Assembly: GCA_964187785.1 (NCBI GenBank)
Contig: OZ076413.1
Coordinates: 25,730,001 to 25,794,000, forward strand
Source of the DNA: Amphiscolops sp. MND2022
Taxonomy: Eukaryota
Length of the DNA: 64,000 bases
Reading direction: 5' to 3'
The notes beneath the pieces are model-generated. The model was not told the DNA's origin. It did no database searches and saw only the letters and a list, made by a program, of their open reading frames with translations. Positions 37,441 to 50,416 of this stretch are shown here, piece by piece. Position numbers and translations under genes: made by a program. Each line of letters starts with the position of its first letter. Positions within the stretch are counted from its first letter, which is position 1.

Positions 37441-37876
37441 CAGTGCACAATTCGCTGACGCTGTGAATGATGAGGCAGCGTGTGGTTACGGTCCCATCAG
37501 TAAGCTTTAATTTCATTGGCGGCCCGGGCGAACTTAACACGTTTGAATTGGATAGCTTTATTGCATTACTGTGTTTTCTTGTTAATTTGCGTAAAAATTG
37601 CGTTTTTAATAGAAATTGCGTGAAAAAATGAAAGTTTGCGTATTGTACTCCCTCACACAAAAGTTGTGTATAAAATTTCGTTTTGGCTTTATGCAATCAA
37701 ATCTCGTTCTTGTTTCTCAGCCATCGCAGTGTTAACCCTTCTCTGAAGGTAATCCAGAACAGTTACTTTGAAACGCTGCCACTTTTCAACACTTTATCGC
37801 ATTTTTTAATGTTATCTCGATTATAACTACGATGACTATGACTAGTCATGGATGATTTCCTCGGTGGTTGGGTTGC

Positions 37877-37988
37877 TTTTTAGTCGGCGCTTCAAGAAGT
37901 GAAACGCGACTATTATAGTGACTCTTTTTTTCTTTTTTTTTTCAATCCACACGAACTGACCAAAATAATTCTTAAAAGTTCTTTATAC
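37877..37988 (+). mobile_element. 5' part of Helentron-like element C, split by element 3
   Basis: TTTTTAGTCGGCGC..CGACTATTATAGTG as in copies A and B. Confidence 0.55.
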
Positions 37989-37996
37989 TGAGTTAT

Positions 37997-38197
37997 TATA
38001 CTGATGCTAGCTAGCTGACTCTCCTAAAGCTTGGAGGTCTGAAAAGTGGTATAAAAGGAAGTCGACTAATTACTGATTATTAGTTTTCTCTCTCTGAAAG
38101 AGTAGAGATTTACAATCATTCAATATCAAATAAATGTACATTCTAGAACATTCTATAAATATCTAAATACTATTGGTTATTAATGTAGGTCAGTACA
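37997..38197 (-). repeat. 3' LTR of element 3
   Basis: TATACTGA...TCAGTACA terminal inverted octamer; preceded on minus by AGGAAACCGCGATGGA (weak PPT). Confidence 0.85.
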
Positions 38198-40353
38198 TCC
38201 ATCGCGGTTTCCTAAATAAATTAAAATTATATATAAAATTATAAAATACATTATATAAAATGAATAAAACGAAGTAAAATTTTTTGTTTAAATGTTTTTA
38301 GCGTTTCAGCTAGTTCAATTTTTCATGGATGGTTGCCAAAAGTCTCTTTTAGGTTTGTGAAAGTTCGACTCAATGGTAGACCTCGAGTTGTCTATTAAAA
38401 AATGTGACAACTTCATTAGACCTCATACGTGAGACTATAATTCAAAGGCATCAAAGTGGTCTCTTTCACTATGCTTCGGGCCAACTTTTGAATTGATAAC
38501 GGCTCGATTCTACGTCCTTATTTGACAACTCATGAGCTAATGACATATGAGTTGAAGGTCAACGAGTCAATGAGAATTCTTGTGGAAGAAGATTTTGCAT
38601 CAAGTATGAGAATTGTCTGAAAAGATTTCAGGTTGTTTTCAACTTTGGCGGGTTTGTTATATTATAAGAAATGTTGAATCCTTTGAGAAAATGTGATTCT
38701 CATTATTCGAATTGAAATTGAACAATGTGCTTGATCAAATTTTGAGCTGGTTTTGTTGAAATATTGAAAAGATTTTTGTGGGATAGAATTGCACCGAAAA
38801 ATAATATAAAAATTTTCCTTGAAAGTGTGCAAATAAATATCGGTATGGGATGAATTTCAATATAAATTGGGGCAAATAAGTATGTGGGGATTTTTATGCC
38901 AATGATTATATATAAACACATTAAAGTATAAATTATCACAAGTGTATTTTCAAAGTTTTGAATCTTTATCGAGTACAATGTTTTTTGTCTTGCTTTCGTC
39001 CTTTTTTATTTGTCGCTGTTCGTATTGTCGTCTTGTTGGATCGTCTTGGATGGTTGTTGAAATCACTGGATCGATGGTGGAATAAGCTTGGAATCACGGA
39101 TACGATGTGAGATCGTCTGCGGCAATGGGTCCAGACAGTTGATGGTGTGCTGTAGCAATTGGGATCTGTTGATGAATTATGGCATCAAAATACGATGTAA
39201 GTGTTTTGTATGGAGAATTTTGGTTGAGAAGTGCTTCAATCTGTTTGGATCATAGCGTCACATGTTTGGATAAAGATATCAGGGTGTTTGTGCAATTTAA
39301 GGTATTGCACGAAATTTATTTATTGATCTGGAATATATGAAACATATTTAAGAGGATCATTCTTGTCAAATGTGGGTCTGCCTTTTTGTCTTGTGTAAGC
39401 TGGGTATATAATGTTGACATATGTTTCTTTAGAATGAGAGATCGCAGTCGAATGGAAGCAGTTGGGAAGTCTACTATAGATGTATCATGCGAAGAAGTCA
39501 ACGTGGTGGAGTTTCAAGAGTTGAAATGAATATTCTTTGGTTATTTGTCGTTGTGAAGAGGCATTGAATCGGTGAGTTGAAGGAAGAGGAATGAAGAGGA
39601 AAGAAGTTTGACGATTGTCACCTAAAATAGATTAGTTTTCACAGTTAAATGTCCATTAAAATAGATTTTCATTCTCGACTTTGTTCTGATGTGTTTTATT
39701 GTGTTCTATCTTTTCTACTTTAAAAATTAGGATGGCGTATTTTGGAAGTCTTCTAAAGAAGATTTGAATAACTTTCATTTAAGGTCTCATTTATTGAATT
39801 CGATTCGGTAAAAGTTGAAAAATATTTACATCATGTTAAGATAAAGGTGTGTTCTATTGGTTAACATAAACTATAATCATGCATAGCAAGCATGAGTAGG
39901 TAGGTTCAAGTACTTTTGACAGTTTATTAAAGGATTAAGAGTAAAGAGTTAAAATTTTTTTAAGCGTTTATCCAATAATTACCAGTTGAGATTGTTGGAG
40001 TCTTTCAAATGTGTAGTTCATTTCATCTAAGAATGTGCGTATGCACGAAGCTGATTGGCTAACTCTTGTCGTATCAAATGCAATGTTTTGCATTAGGTCT
40101 CGGGCTTGTTCAAGTGTGCTTACAATATCAGCAATAGTATTGAGTATATCCTTTTTGTTATGTATGGTTTCAAAATTTCCATGAATTGTTTATATTTTTG
40201 TATTTCTTCAGTGGGAGGAAAACTTTCTGGTTGAAGAATGTCATTTGTTGGTTTCTTTGGAGGTTCTTGATTAGTCTTTTTGTGTTCTTTATTATTTATC
40301 TTTGTAAGGATTGAGATAAGGTGAGAAATAATGAATAATAGTTCATTATAGGA

Positions 40354-41278
40354 TTATCCCTTTTTGCTATGGCGTGCGTGATAATAGGGTTTTTCACAGT
40401 CTCCACGAAGTTGGGAGGTTATGGGTTGAATTGGAGGAAGATGATCTGATATACATTGGAGAATATCTTCTTGTAATAGCGAGTCATCATTTAAGATGAG
40501 GTATTCATGTGGTACTATGATTGGTCTTTTTGGGTTGTCATTTGGAAGGAAGAGAAAGCTTTGTTTTAATGGGTCGGAAATTCTGAGTTTTCCTTTTATT
40601 TTGGTATGGTCTATTAGATAGTCTGAGTTAAAATAAAAAAGGTGAAGTAAAATTCGAATTGAAGAAGAGATAGTTTTCAAGTTCTTTGTTATGGAAGAAT
40701 TTTTGGTATGTAATATGATGGGCTTTCTTTATTTGGTATGGCAAGAAATTAGCGTCGTTCTCTTCGGTTCTAAGATCATATGGAGATAGTCTTAGGAAAT
40801 TGTTTTGAAGTGAAAAAAATTTCACTTTATTGTTTAACCACCAATCATATGGGGTGATTAATTTTGAAGCGATTGAGGTATGGTAATCATTTTTGAACTC
40901 TCTGATGATAAATCTGTATTTCGTTGGGATCACATACAAAGAGGTTAGATGGGATTGAAATGTGAATTGCCTTGATGATAAGATGGGAACTAGATCACAG
41001 TCTCGATCTTCATCTTGTTTTGATGGCTTTATGAAAGGAGGGCAAGCGCCAGATTCCATAAAACATTTATCGGCGGTTAGATCTGGATATTTTCTTTTTT
41101 GACATTTTGCGTTTATATGATCAATTTTATCTACTGGAATAGTTTCCATGGGTTCTTGATTTTGTGAAGTTGAATTATTATCTTCGTTAAAATTTTGTTG
41201 TTTTGTTATATTCGAAGGGGATGCAAGCAAATCGGAGGGACTAGAGTTATTTACATCAATTTCAGGCAAGGATTCCAT
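40354..41278 (-). pseudogene. Post-env accessory ORF of element 3, unknown function
   Basis: 216-aa ORF plus an overlapping 108-aa ORF (probable frameshift), with the same strand and N/K/S-rich composition as the element's other ORFs. Confidence 0.55.
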
Positions 41279-41713
41279 TATTCTTATTTGCGTGATTTTG
41301 TAGCTCTCAAATAGTGATTGTGTTTGAACGAATGAAATGGTTAAGTTTGAACAAATGAGAGAGTTAAAATTTTTAAATATTTTTGTTACATATTTTTTGT
41401 TTATTCGTTTAGAGTTTTATAGAAAATAAAAGTTTAAATTGTACTTACAATATTGGAAAAACATCAACAATCACAGTGGTATCTATTCCCGGAATGAAAA
41501 CTTCTGTAATTTTTGTTATTCGCGGTTTTTAGGGAGAGAAGAATCTTTCCAAGTGGAGTATGAAGTTCCAAGTGAAGTCGTTTCAGGTTGAGTTGAGGTG
41601 GGCTACTGTCCAAGTGAGAATTTTTTGGGGAAAATGAAAGTAGAATTGTGGAGTGATTCGTTGTCGGTTTTTGTAATTTGAGCTTTGTTTTATTTGGTGA
41701 TTACGTTTTTCAG

Positions 41714-44254
41714 TTAGGAGGAGTTAATAAAGACTTTAGCGGGGCTTTCCGGTAAAGCTATTACATTTTGTATTACGGTGTCGTAGTCCTGGAGAATTTG
41801 AGATGATTTAATATCGTTAATATTGTTTAGGTGTGTCTTTTTTGGTAATTGAAGGGTCGAATTCTTACTTTTATATTTAGGAGGTAAATAACGGGAGTCA
41901 TTATCGGAGTATCTTCTCATTCTCTTGTGTTTTCCTTTTTCGGATGACAGGATGATATCAGTTTCACTTGTGGTGATTTTGTGTTTAGTATATATCCTTT
42001 TGCGTTTTCCAGTATTATTCAAATCGGTAACCATTTCCGATGTAACTATATTAAAAAATCCATGGGCTATTGAACTCAAAATGGAAATGTTGCTTTGGAG
42101 ATTATATTTTATGCTAATTGTTCTGTAGAATTTAAGTAGGAAAGTTGAAACTTCTCTAATTAAAAGAAAAGGGGAGAAATATATTGCACATTGTGTTAAA
42201 ACATAACATGGGTATCCAAAGTAATTATAGAAAGCTTGACTAAACCAGTCAGGGTTAAAAAGTGGTAAAAGGTTTAACAGGTGATCATGTAATCCAATTC
42301 TTAAATGATTGTAGGGATTTGATCCTGTGTGGGAGTGTTATTCATTGTGTACTGTAACGAAATCATAACCTAATGATTTTCCAAGTAATTGGAGGGTTGT
42401 ATCTGAGTGTTCTGCGAATAATACCATGTTCCAGATTTGGTCTAATTCAGCATTTGAGTATATACCGGCATCTTGAGCGGTAAATGTATTGGGTGTTATT
42501 GGTGTCTTAATTTGAGTAGGTTTGAACATTTGTGGTGCTTCTCTTTTGAGCGGGTCTGGTGATAACACATAAAAATCTCCGTCATCTGTTTCTGGGTCCA
42601 ATTCAATAATATTTTGTGGGTTATTTCCACATTCAATTGGTGTTGCATAACTAAGTTTGTCTTGTTATGGGGTCTACATTATAGTTTCTCTACAGTGTAT
42701 GGGAATTCTATCAAAGCATTTATCTGCTCTGTATAGAGGTGATATAAAAAGAGGACAATCATACAGCTATGCCGTAGATCCTTCAACATAGAGGAAGTTA
42801 CTGCGATTTCCAGTTAAAAGAAAACAGGCTAATTGAGGATTCTTAACTGACATAGCTTAGATTGTTAACAAATGTGTTCTTTCTAATTCACATACTGTAT
42901 GAAGAGTGGTTAATTCTTGTACTGTCATTGATTTATATACATGATTTATTGTGAAATCATTTTTTGTTTTGATATGAGCATCATAGTCTAGAGTGGCGAA
43001 GTTGTTTGATACATTTAGTGCAGGGAATATATACTTCTTATTACAAGTATCAAATTGTATCTTTCGACTAATTTTTTCATCAAATTTTGATTGTGGTTTT
43101 GGTTGTCCATTGTTCATATCAAAACCTTCTAAGTATGTAACAAAGATGTCGTCATATTGTGTTGAACATAATGGTTCTGGTTTTCCACAAAAGGTTTGTG
43201 CAATTGGATATATCTCAAATCAAGAAAGACTTTGATTGTCTACGGTTGATTGTGGTGTTTTGACATTGGGATATTTTGTTCCCTGTATTCCTTCGATTTG
43301 AAGGTTTTGTGTAATGTTTGAGGATTCGAAAAAGTTATCAGTTTTTATCCAAAATCGGTCTTTAATCTTTGTCATTCTTCCAATGAATTCTTGTAATCGA
43401 AAAATGAGGCAAAATCTTTCATCAAACCATGTCGATGTGTATGGGGTTCTTGTTGTTGGTTTACAAAATCCATCTGAATGATAACATTTTAGGAAATATC
43501 TATCGTGAATGATTTGTTTGTTTTTATCATCATATAATATTTCAGCATAAGTTATTCTGAGTTTCCAACTTTTTCGAGTGATTAAATGTTCTCTGTCGCT
43601 TCTACATCTTGAATAGCTATTATGTGTGAAGTTAACTATCCAGTCTTGGTGATGTTCATCATATACGAACGTTCCAATATGCCAAGCATTTAATTTTTCT
43701 ACTCTGAATGGTTTTTGAATTTGTTCAATTTTATTTTGGTAATCACTATTATTGAAAAATGAGAAGGAACTTTGTATATTGTAATTGTTCAGTTCGTTAC
43801 TATCGGTTGCGTTTAAATAACTTATGATATTTTTGCACTCAATAGGGTCAAGTATATTTGGAAGTTCTAATGTATTTTGTCCCCAGTGTAAACGATCATA
43901 TCGTCTACTAGATGTAAATGTTTGGGAACACCAAACTTTTTCGGTTTTTATATATGCTTCACATTTGAAGGCTTTGATTCTTGTTGCTTTTGCTCTTACA
44001 TATACTGTTGCTTGGGTTTTTGTGTGTTGTATATCTGAGGGTGCTTGTTTACATGGTTCAACATTTAGTAAGCTAAACTGTCTTAAGTTGTTTTGTTTTG
44101 CACAGTCAAAATGGGATACCATAAGATTCAAGAAATTTGGGTCTTGTTCTGAAATATGATTTTCTGGATTTGTTGTTTCAACTTTAGGAACTGATGTAGA
44201 GTTAACTATGTTTATTATATATGCAATATATGTAATGAAAAGTACGTTTATCAT
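41714..44254 (-). pseudogene. env: env-like glycoprotein, chuvirus-G/class III fusogen-like
   Basis: Hydrophobic N-terminus MINVLFITYIAYIINIVNS; HFDC..N...SLLNVEPC...CEAYI....WC; CYHSDGFC...W....C; late hydrophobic segment FYNYFGYPCYVLTQCAIYFSPFLL..SIAHGFFNIVT. Confidence 0.7.
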
Positions 44255-45495
44255 GGTTAAAATGTAGTTCTATATTTAAGTCCTGAGTAGGAATTAAAAA
44301 AGTTTATATGACCTGTTCTAATTTCTGGTAATTCTGCGTCACAAAGATTAGATATCGATGTGACCAAAAATAGTGAGGGTGTTGTTTTATGTGCTATTCT
44401 TGTTGAAAGAGAAAATGGATGAGGTTTTAAGGAGTTGAACGTAACTTCAACTACGAATTTTAATACTAATTGATCTTCTTGTAATCTTCGTAGTTCTCTT
44501 TGTTTTCATGAGTTTGAGAGAGAACTATTGTTTATAAATCTAGCAGGGAGTACAGTGTATCGAGGATCTTCGTTAAGAGTACGCATAATCTTTGAGTTAA
44601 CACGAATAGGGTATTCGTGTGGGTTTGGTGTAGGAGGTTGCGAATCTTCTTCTAGAAAATATTCGGGCAATTGTATGGATGAATCAGATAGTATTGAACT
44701 AGGTGTATATACTCGTGAAAATTTGCGGCACTATCTGAAATAGTTTGAGGATCTTCTGAAAGAAGAGATGCAGATTCAAATCCTGATGTGACTTGAAATG
44801 GTAATGATAGACAAGATGGTATTGTGGGTTGAGATGAGTAAAGAGAAGGAGTTTCTGATCTGGGTTGTGCTTGTTGCCTAACTAGTCTTGAGTTTGTACT
44901 AGAACTAGTTAAAGTTTATAATTCTTGAGAATGTTCTCGTGATTGGGATCTGAGGTTATAATTATGTCTTGGTACTCTGGTACTAGCAGTCGAATCAGAG
45001 TCTTTATATTTGTAATATAAGTCTGTTAAAGAAGAAGTAGTGGTTGATTGTAGGCGTTCTAGTTTTGGATAGATTTGAGAAAATGTAAATGAAATGTGAG
45101 TGTATTGTTGTTGAGTTGTTATGATATTATGTGGTTGAGTTGTTATTACTGATGTTTGAGTTTGAAGTATTGATGTATTATTGGGTGTCTCTGTTGCTCT
45201 ATCAGGAGAATATGGAGCAGATGGGCTATGGTTTGAGGATGAGGAATCCAGTATGTCTGTGTCTGAATTTAGATATGCGGTATATTCAGGTAGTGTTTGG
45301 AATGAACGGGTTGAACTAGATGATGAATTGTTTCTGTTCGATGAAAGTGAGTATCTATGTCTATCAATCTTGAAGTATTTTTATTTTAGCACTGTATACT
45401 TCAGTCTTTGTTTCAATGATACTTCCTTTTACTATCTCTTTTTAATAATTCTTTATTCAGGCTACTATCTATTACTATTTATCTCAAACTTTCTT

Positions 45496-48400
45496 TCAGC
45501 AGAATTTTTGAGAAAATGAAAGTATATCCTTTACACCGAGGGAAAGTCGATAGTCTATTCGTGGTTGTGGGCGGAAATTGTATCTGTCATATGTGAGTCT
45601 ACGGGGATTAATATAGTTATCGTAGTCATGAGTATCAGATTGGTCTTCTGGTTTGGTATTATTGGTTATTTGTTCATTTTGTTGGCGGGAGTGGGGAGTG
45701 GGGAGTTGGCGGAGTTTATTTTGTTGCCAGAAATGGGGAGTATTGGTTAATTGGTTCTTGTTGAAAATCAATTGTGGATGGTAAATTCGTTTCTTTATTG
45801 GAATTTGTGAATCTGTGGTCTGCGTCTTCAACTGATTGTTCTTCATCGGAAAAAGAATCAAAAGGTTTCATTGGGTCATTTATATTCGAATCTTTACTAT
45901 CATTATCATCAGCATTTCAATGTGGATTAAATTGTTGTGTGAAAGAAAAAATGAGTGGTTCTTTTGGGTAGTAAGGAACTAAATGGTTTCTATGAATATG
46001 AGAAGGGTAACCATCTTGATTAACAATTTCTTATCTGATATCAGAAAATTTTTTAATGATTTTAAATGGTCCAATTCTAAGTGGTTTCAATTTATCCGAA
46101 AAATGAACATGGAGAAAATTTCTTTTAAATACAAAGGTATCAATGTCTAAGGGTCTTGGATTGTTGTATGTTTTATTGAAATAAGCAAATGAAATAATTT
46201 TTTTGTGTGTTTTCATAGACAGTGTGATAGATTCGTATCATAGCAGTTTCAGTAGCCAAAATTCATTGTGGAATTGGTTTTGATAAGATTTTGTAGAAGA
46301 AAGTATCTCTTTGAAGATTCAGTTCAAAGTTAATTGGGATTCTTGGTATAGTATGAAATACTCTTTCATATGGTGAAAGATTTAATTCGAGAAGTGGTTG
46401 TCAATTATGTGCATAAGCGTACATATGGACTTGGGTAGACCAGTTTTCTGGTTTGTTATGTAGAAAAAGTCTGAGATGGGTTCCAAGGTTTTTGTTTTGG
46501 TTCTTTACTAAACCATTTGTCCATGGTGCGTAAGGAGTTCTTGGTGAATGCCTGATTCCCATTGTGGTACAAAGGTTTGCAAGTTCAGAATTAAGGTATT
46601 CTGAACCACGATCTGTTACCAAAAATATGGGGGGTCCAAGTTTGGTAATCCAATGATGCAATAGGGAATTAACAGCGTTTTGAGCATTGTTTTGTTTAAC
46701 AGGTACTGTTACTACAAGGTGACTAAAGGCGTCTACAATCACATGAATGTATGAGTTTTGTTTTGATAGAGGATTTATAGGACCTTTTGTATCCATTGAT
46801 ATTCGGTAGTTGGAATACGAAGCATTTTCTGAAAATGTTTGTATCAATGCAGTTTGAATTTTTTTATTACTGTGTTTGCTTTGTTGACATTCAATACAAT
46901 CGTGAACACAACGAAACAAAATTGATTAAAAGCTTTTATGGATATTTTAATTCCTGATTGTCCATTTGCATGAAGTTTATTGAAAGCTGCATGAAAGAGT
47001 TTAAATGGTGAACATATTTTGTCTTTTTGATTTGGGTTTGAATGATGAAGGTTAGGATAATCTATATGAATGATCTTTGTATCATGATTAATGTACAGTT
47101 GATTGAAGAGTTTGTAGTGAACTGATAGGAAAGAATTACTTGCTATTGTTGGATCTATTTGTAGAGGTCTTTCATTAGTCTTTAACCAATGGTAAACTTT
47201 TTGTATGACCGGGTCTTGTTTTTGTTGGGATTTTATAGTCTCAATTGTTATTTGAGTGTCTTCTGATAAAAAGAAATAATGAAAATTTCTTTTGTATTTG
47301 AAGAAAGGTAGATCAAAAAATGGAACTTGTTGATTACAGTAATGGGATTTAGTGGGGTGCTGTATTGCTAGTGTTTGTTCTTTCAATGTGTATAGGGTTT
47401 TGATTCTTTGTATTTTGTGATTGATTTGATTCGTCTTCATCACTAAAAATATCAGTGTCATTAAGGATAGTTGAATGTTGCAAAAGTGATTTTGTTTGAT
47501 TCTTTGTAGGTCTCTTGAGTTTAGATTCAAATGGAACAATGGATTGGAAGGAAAATGAATCTAAGGGTTTCATTTGAATGTCTTCTCCTTTGTTGTTTAT
47601 ACGGATGGAAAATTGGTCTTCGCCATAGTCAGCGAGAATTGGATGGCAATTATTTTTTTATTATATTTGATTTCTTCATGTTTTACTAAATAGTGTACGG
47701 GTTTGAGTTTTTGAGTTGGTTATATTTCATGATAGAGAAATCGATTTGGGGTGGCAATTGTTTGTGTCGCAATTGATGTATTTGAAGTTGTTCTTTCGTG
47801 AAAGTTCTTGAAAGCATGTCTGCTTCAATTAAAGTTTTTCCAGGGGTATGAATGATTTTTAGTTTGGAAAATTTTGTTAGTTGCATTTGTGCTCTATGAA
47901 ATCTAGGACTAAGGTTTCCCTTTTTCCAAAACAGTGTAAGAAAGGTTTGTGATCTGTGAAGATGTATATTGGATGCAGGAATCCAAATATGAGAATTTCA
48001 TATCTTTGTAATGCATAAACTCTTGCGAGGAGTTCCCTGTCTAGTGTTGAAAGTTTTTGTTCTTGTATATTTAGGATTCGTGAATTGTAAGGAATAACTC
48101 TCTTTTTTTCTTCATTCATCTGGAATAGGACTGCGCCTAAACCAACTAAGGAAGCATCAACTGTTATGAAAAATGGGTGTTTTTTTTTGGGTATGGTTAA
48201 TTCAGTTTCTGCTGTCATTGCGTTTTTAACGTCTTGAAATATTTTTTCTAATTCGGGTGTCCATTGAAATTTAACATCATCATGTAATAAAGTATAAAGT
48301 GGTTTGAGATTTATATGCAGTTTTTCAACGAATTTTGAATAAAAGTTTACGCTGCAAAAAAATTGCATAACATTCTTTTCTTTTGGTGATGGGATTCTTT

Positions 48401-50300
48401 GGATGGCTTCGAATTTTGATGGTATTGGTTTAATTGTGTTGTTCCCTATTTCATGTCCAAGTAATATTACTTTAAATAACATGTAAAATGCTTTTTCAGG
48501 TGCAAGTTTGAGGTGTTCTTTTGTTGCTATTTTGTGGAGTTCTTTGATAAGTTCAAACATTTCTTGTTTTTCGTCTGCTAATAGTAATATATCATCAATA
48601 TATACTAACGCAGAACTTTTGTCTATAAGTGATCGAAAGAAAGTTGACATTTGTTTTGTGAAAACATTTGGGAGTCCTTTTAATCCATAGTATCTACGGA
48701 TAAGGGTATACAATTTATCTCCGAATGAAAATCCTGTAAATCTGATTGTTTCTTCGTCTAATAGGGTATGAGCGTATGCATACATTAAATCAATAGTTGA
48801 TTTGTATTTTTTGTTAGCTCTAGCTAATTGAGGGGCTAAAGGTTCAATGGGCCAAGATTCAAGTTCTTGATTAGTGTTTGAGTTTAAATGTCTAGCATCT
48901 AGAACAACTTTTGTTGCGTCTCTTTTGGGGAAAATGATTAAAGGGTTTAAAAATGTTGTTCCAATAGTGTTTTTTTCATCTGGCGTGGAGCGAATTTCGT
49001 TTTATTATATTTTGTTTTTCAAGTTCTACTAAGAGTTTATTCATTCTATCTCTGTATTGAATTGGTAATTCAGAGGGTCGTTGTGTTTGAAGTTTACAGT
49101 TTTCTTTAATTCGAATTCTGAATAAAGTTGAAAATTTTCCATTGCATTTCGGTGTTTAGTGTAACAATTTGGGTTGTTAATAAGGATATTGCAAAAGTTG
49201 ACATATTCAGTATCAGTCAAATTTGAATTTTCGAAGTTGAACTTTTTTACAATATGCTGATTTTCTGCAGTATTTCGTAGTGAAGGAAAATCTTTTCTAA
49301 TATTATCGAAAGGTCGAAGACTTCCTGTGACAGAAGGCATGGGTAATTGAAGTGTTTTATCATTTATTTCTTTTGTGTTGATTTCTATGAAAGATTGTGG
49401 AATTACTCGAGTACATAATTTCATAACTGTATAATCATTTTGTCTAATTGGAATAGTAGTATCAGGATGATAGGCATGTATTACTGTATGAATAAGCGAG
49501 TTTACATCATAAACTCTATAATGAGGAGGTGTTGTTTGAGTAATAGGGATTTCTATATATCCAATAATTCCTCGTGGTAGTGTAGCTGGATGAGATGTAA
49601 CATTTTGAATTATTGTTGAGCAGGAGTCTTTGCTTTTGTCGTTGAGGATCATATCTAAGAAGTGAAAAACATCTTTAAAGTTTTGTACGAAGTATGTATA
49701 TGGAATTGATGGATAAATCTTAGTATTATCTTCCAGTTCAAATTGCAAGTTGAGATAATTTTTGATTGGGAAATGTATAGTCTTTCCTGATCTTGGTTTG
49801 AAATGAATTGGTTCCTCACATTTAATAGTATAAAAGTATGAAACATATAGGTAATCTTTTTCTGTAAACGTCGAAAAATGTGTTTTTGTAGGGAGTTTTG
49901 GATGTTTTTGTAGGGAGTTCTTTATAATAATTTTGGATCATAATTTTTTGTTGAAAGTCTATTTTGTGGATATGTTTCTTGAAGAAAGGTGCTCAAAGGA
50001 TGTTGTATTTAGTATTTGCTACCGAAATTCGATATTGAAAGATCGATTTTGATGATATACTTCAGTAAAACATGTCATTGAAACATAATTTATTATTGGT
50101 ACTTCAGTTTGATTTGCAACTGTAAGAGTTTTTGCTCTTTTGTTCTTAATATTCTTTGGAACATTGAGGAATAATTGTTTTGCAATTACATGAAATGTCG
50201 GTAAGTTCAAAACTGATATAGAAGCTCCAGTACCTAAGAGGAATAGGATTTCTAATTTTGAAGGTTACTGGTTGTCTTTTCCTTCAGAAGCATGTATATA
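45496..50300 (-). pseudogene. pol: pol of element 3
   Basis: FLLGTGASISVLN (mutated DTG protease), YGLKGLP..VYIDDILL (RT), VDASLVGLGAVL..ELLA..TDHKP (RNase H), SMDTKGP..DAFS..TDRGSEY..WTNGLV (integrase). Confidence 0.92.
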
Positions 50301-50416
50301 TAGTGGATAAAACCAACTATAAGGAGTAATTGCATTTGCAGTTTCAGTTATTTGGCATGTTTGAATTTCAAATTTAGTACTATCTTTGTCGTTGGTATAT
50401 TTAACATCTACTTAAT

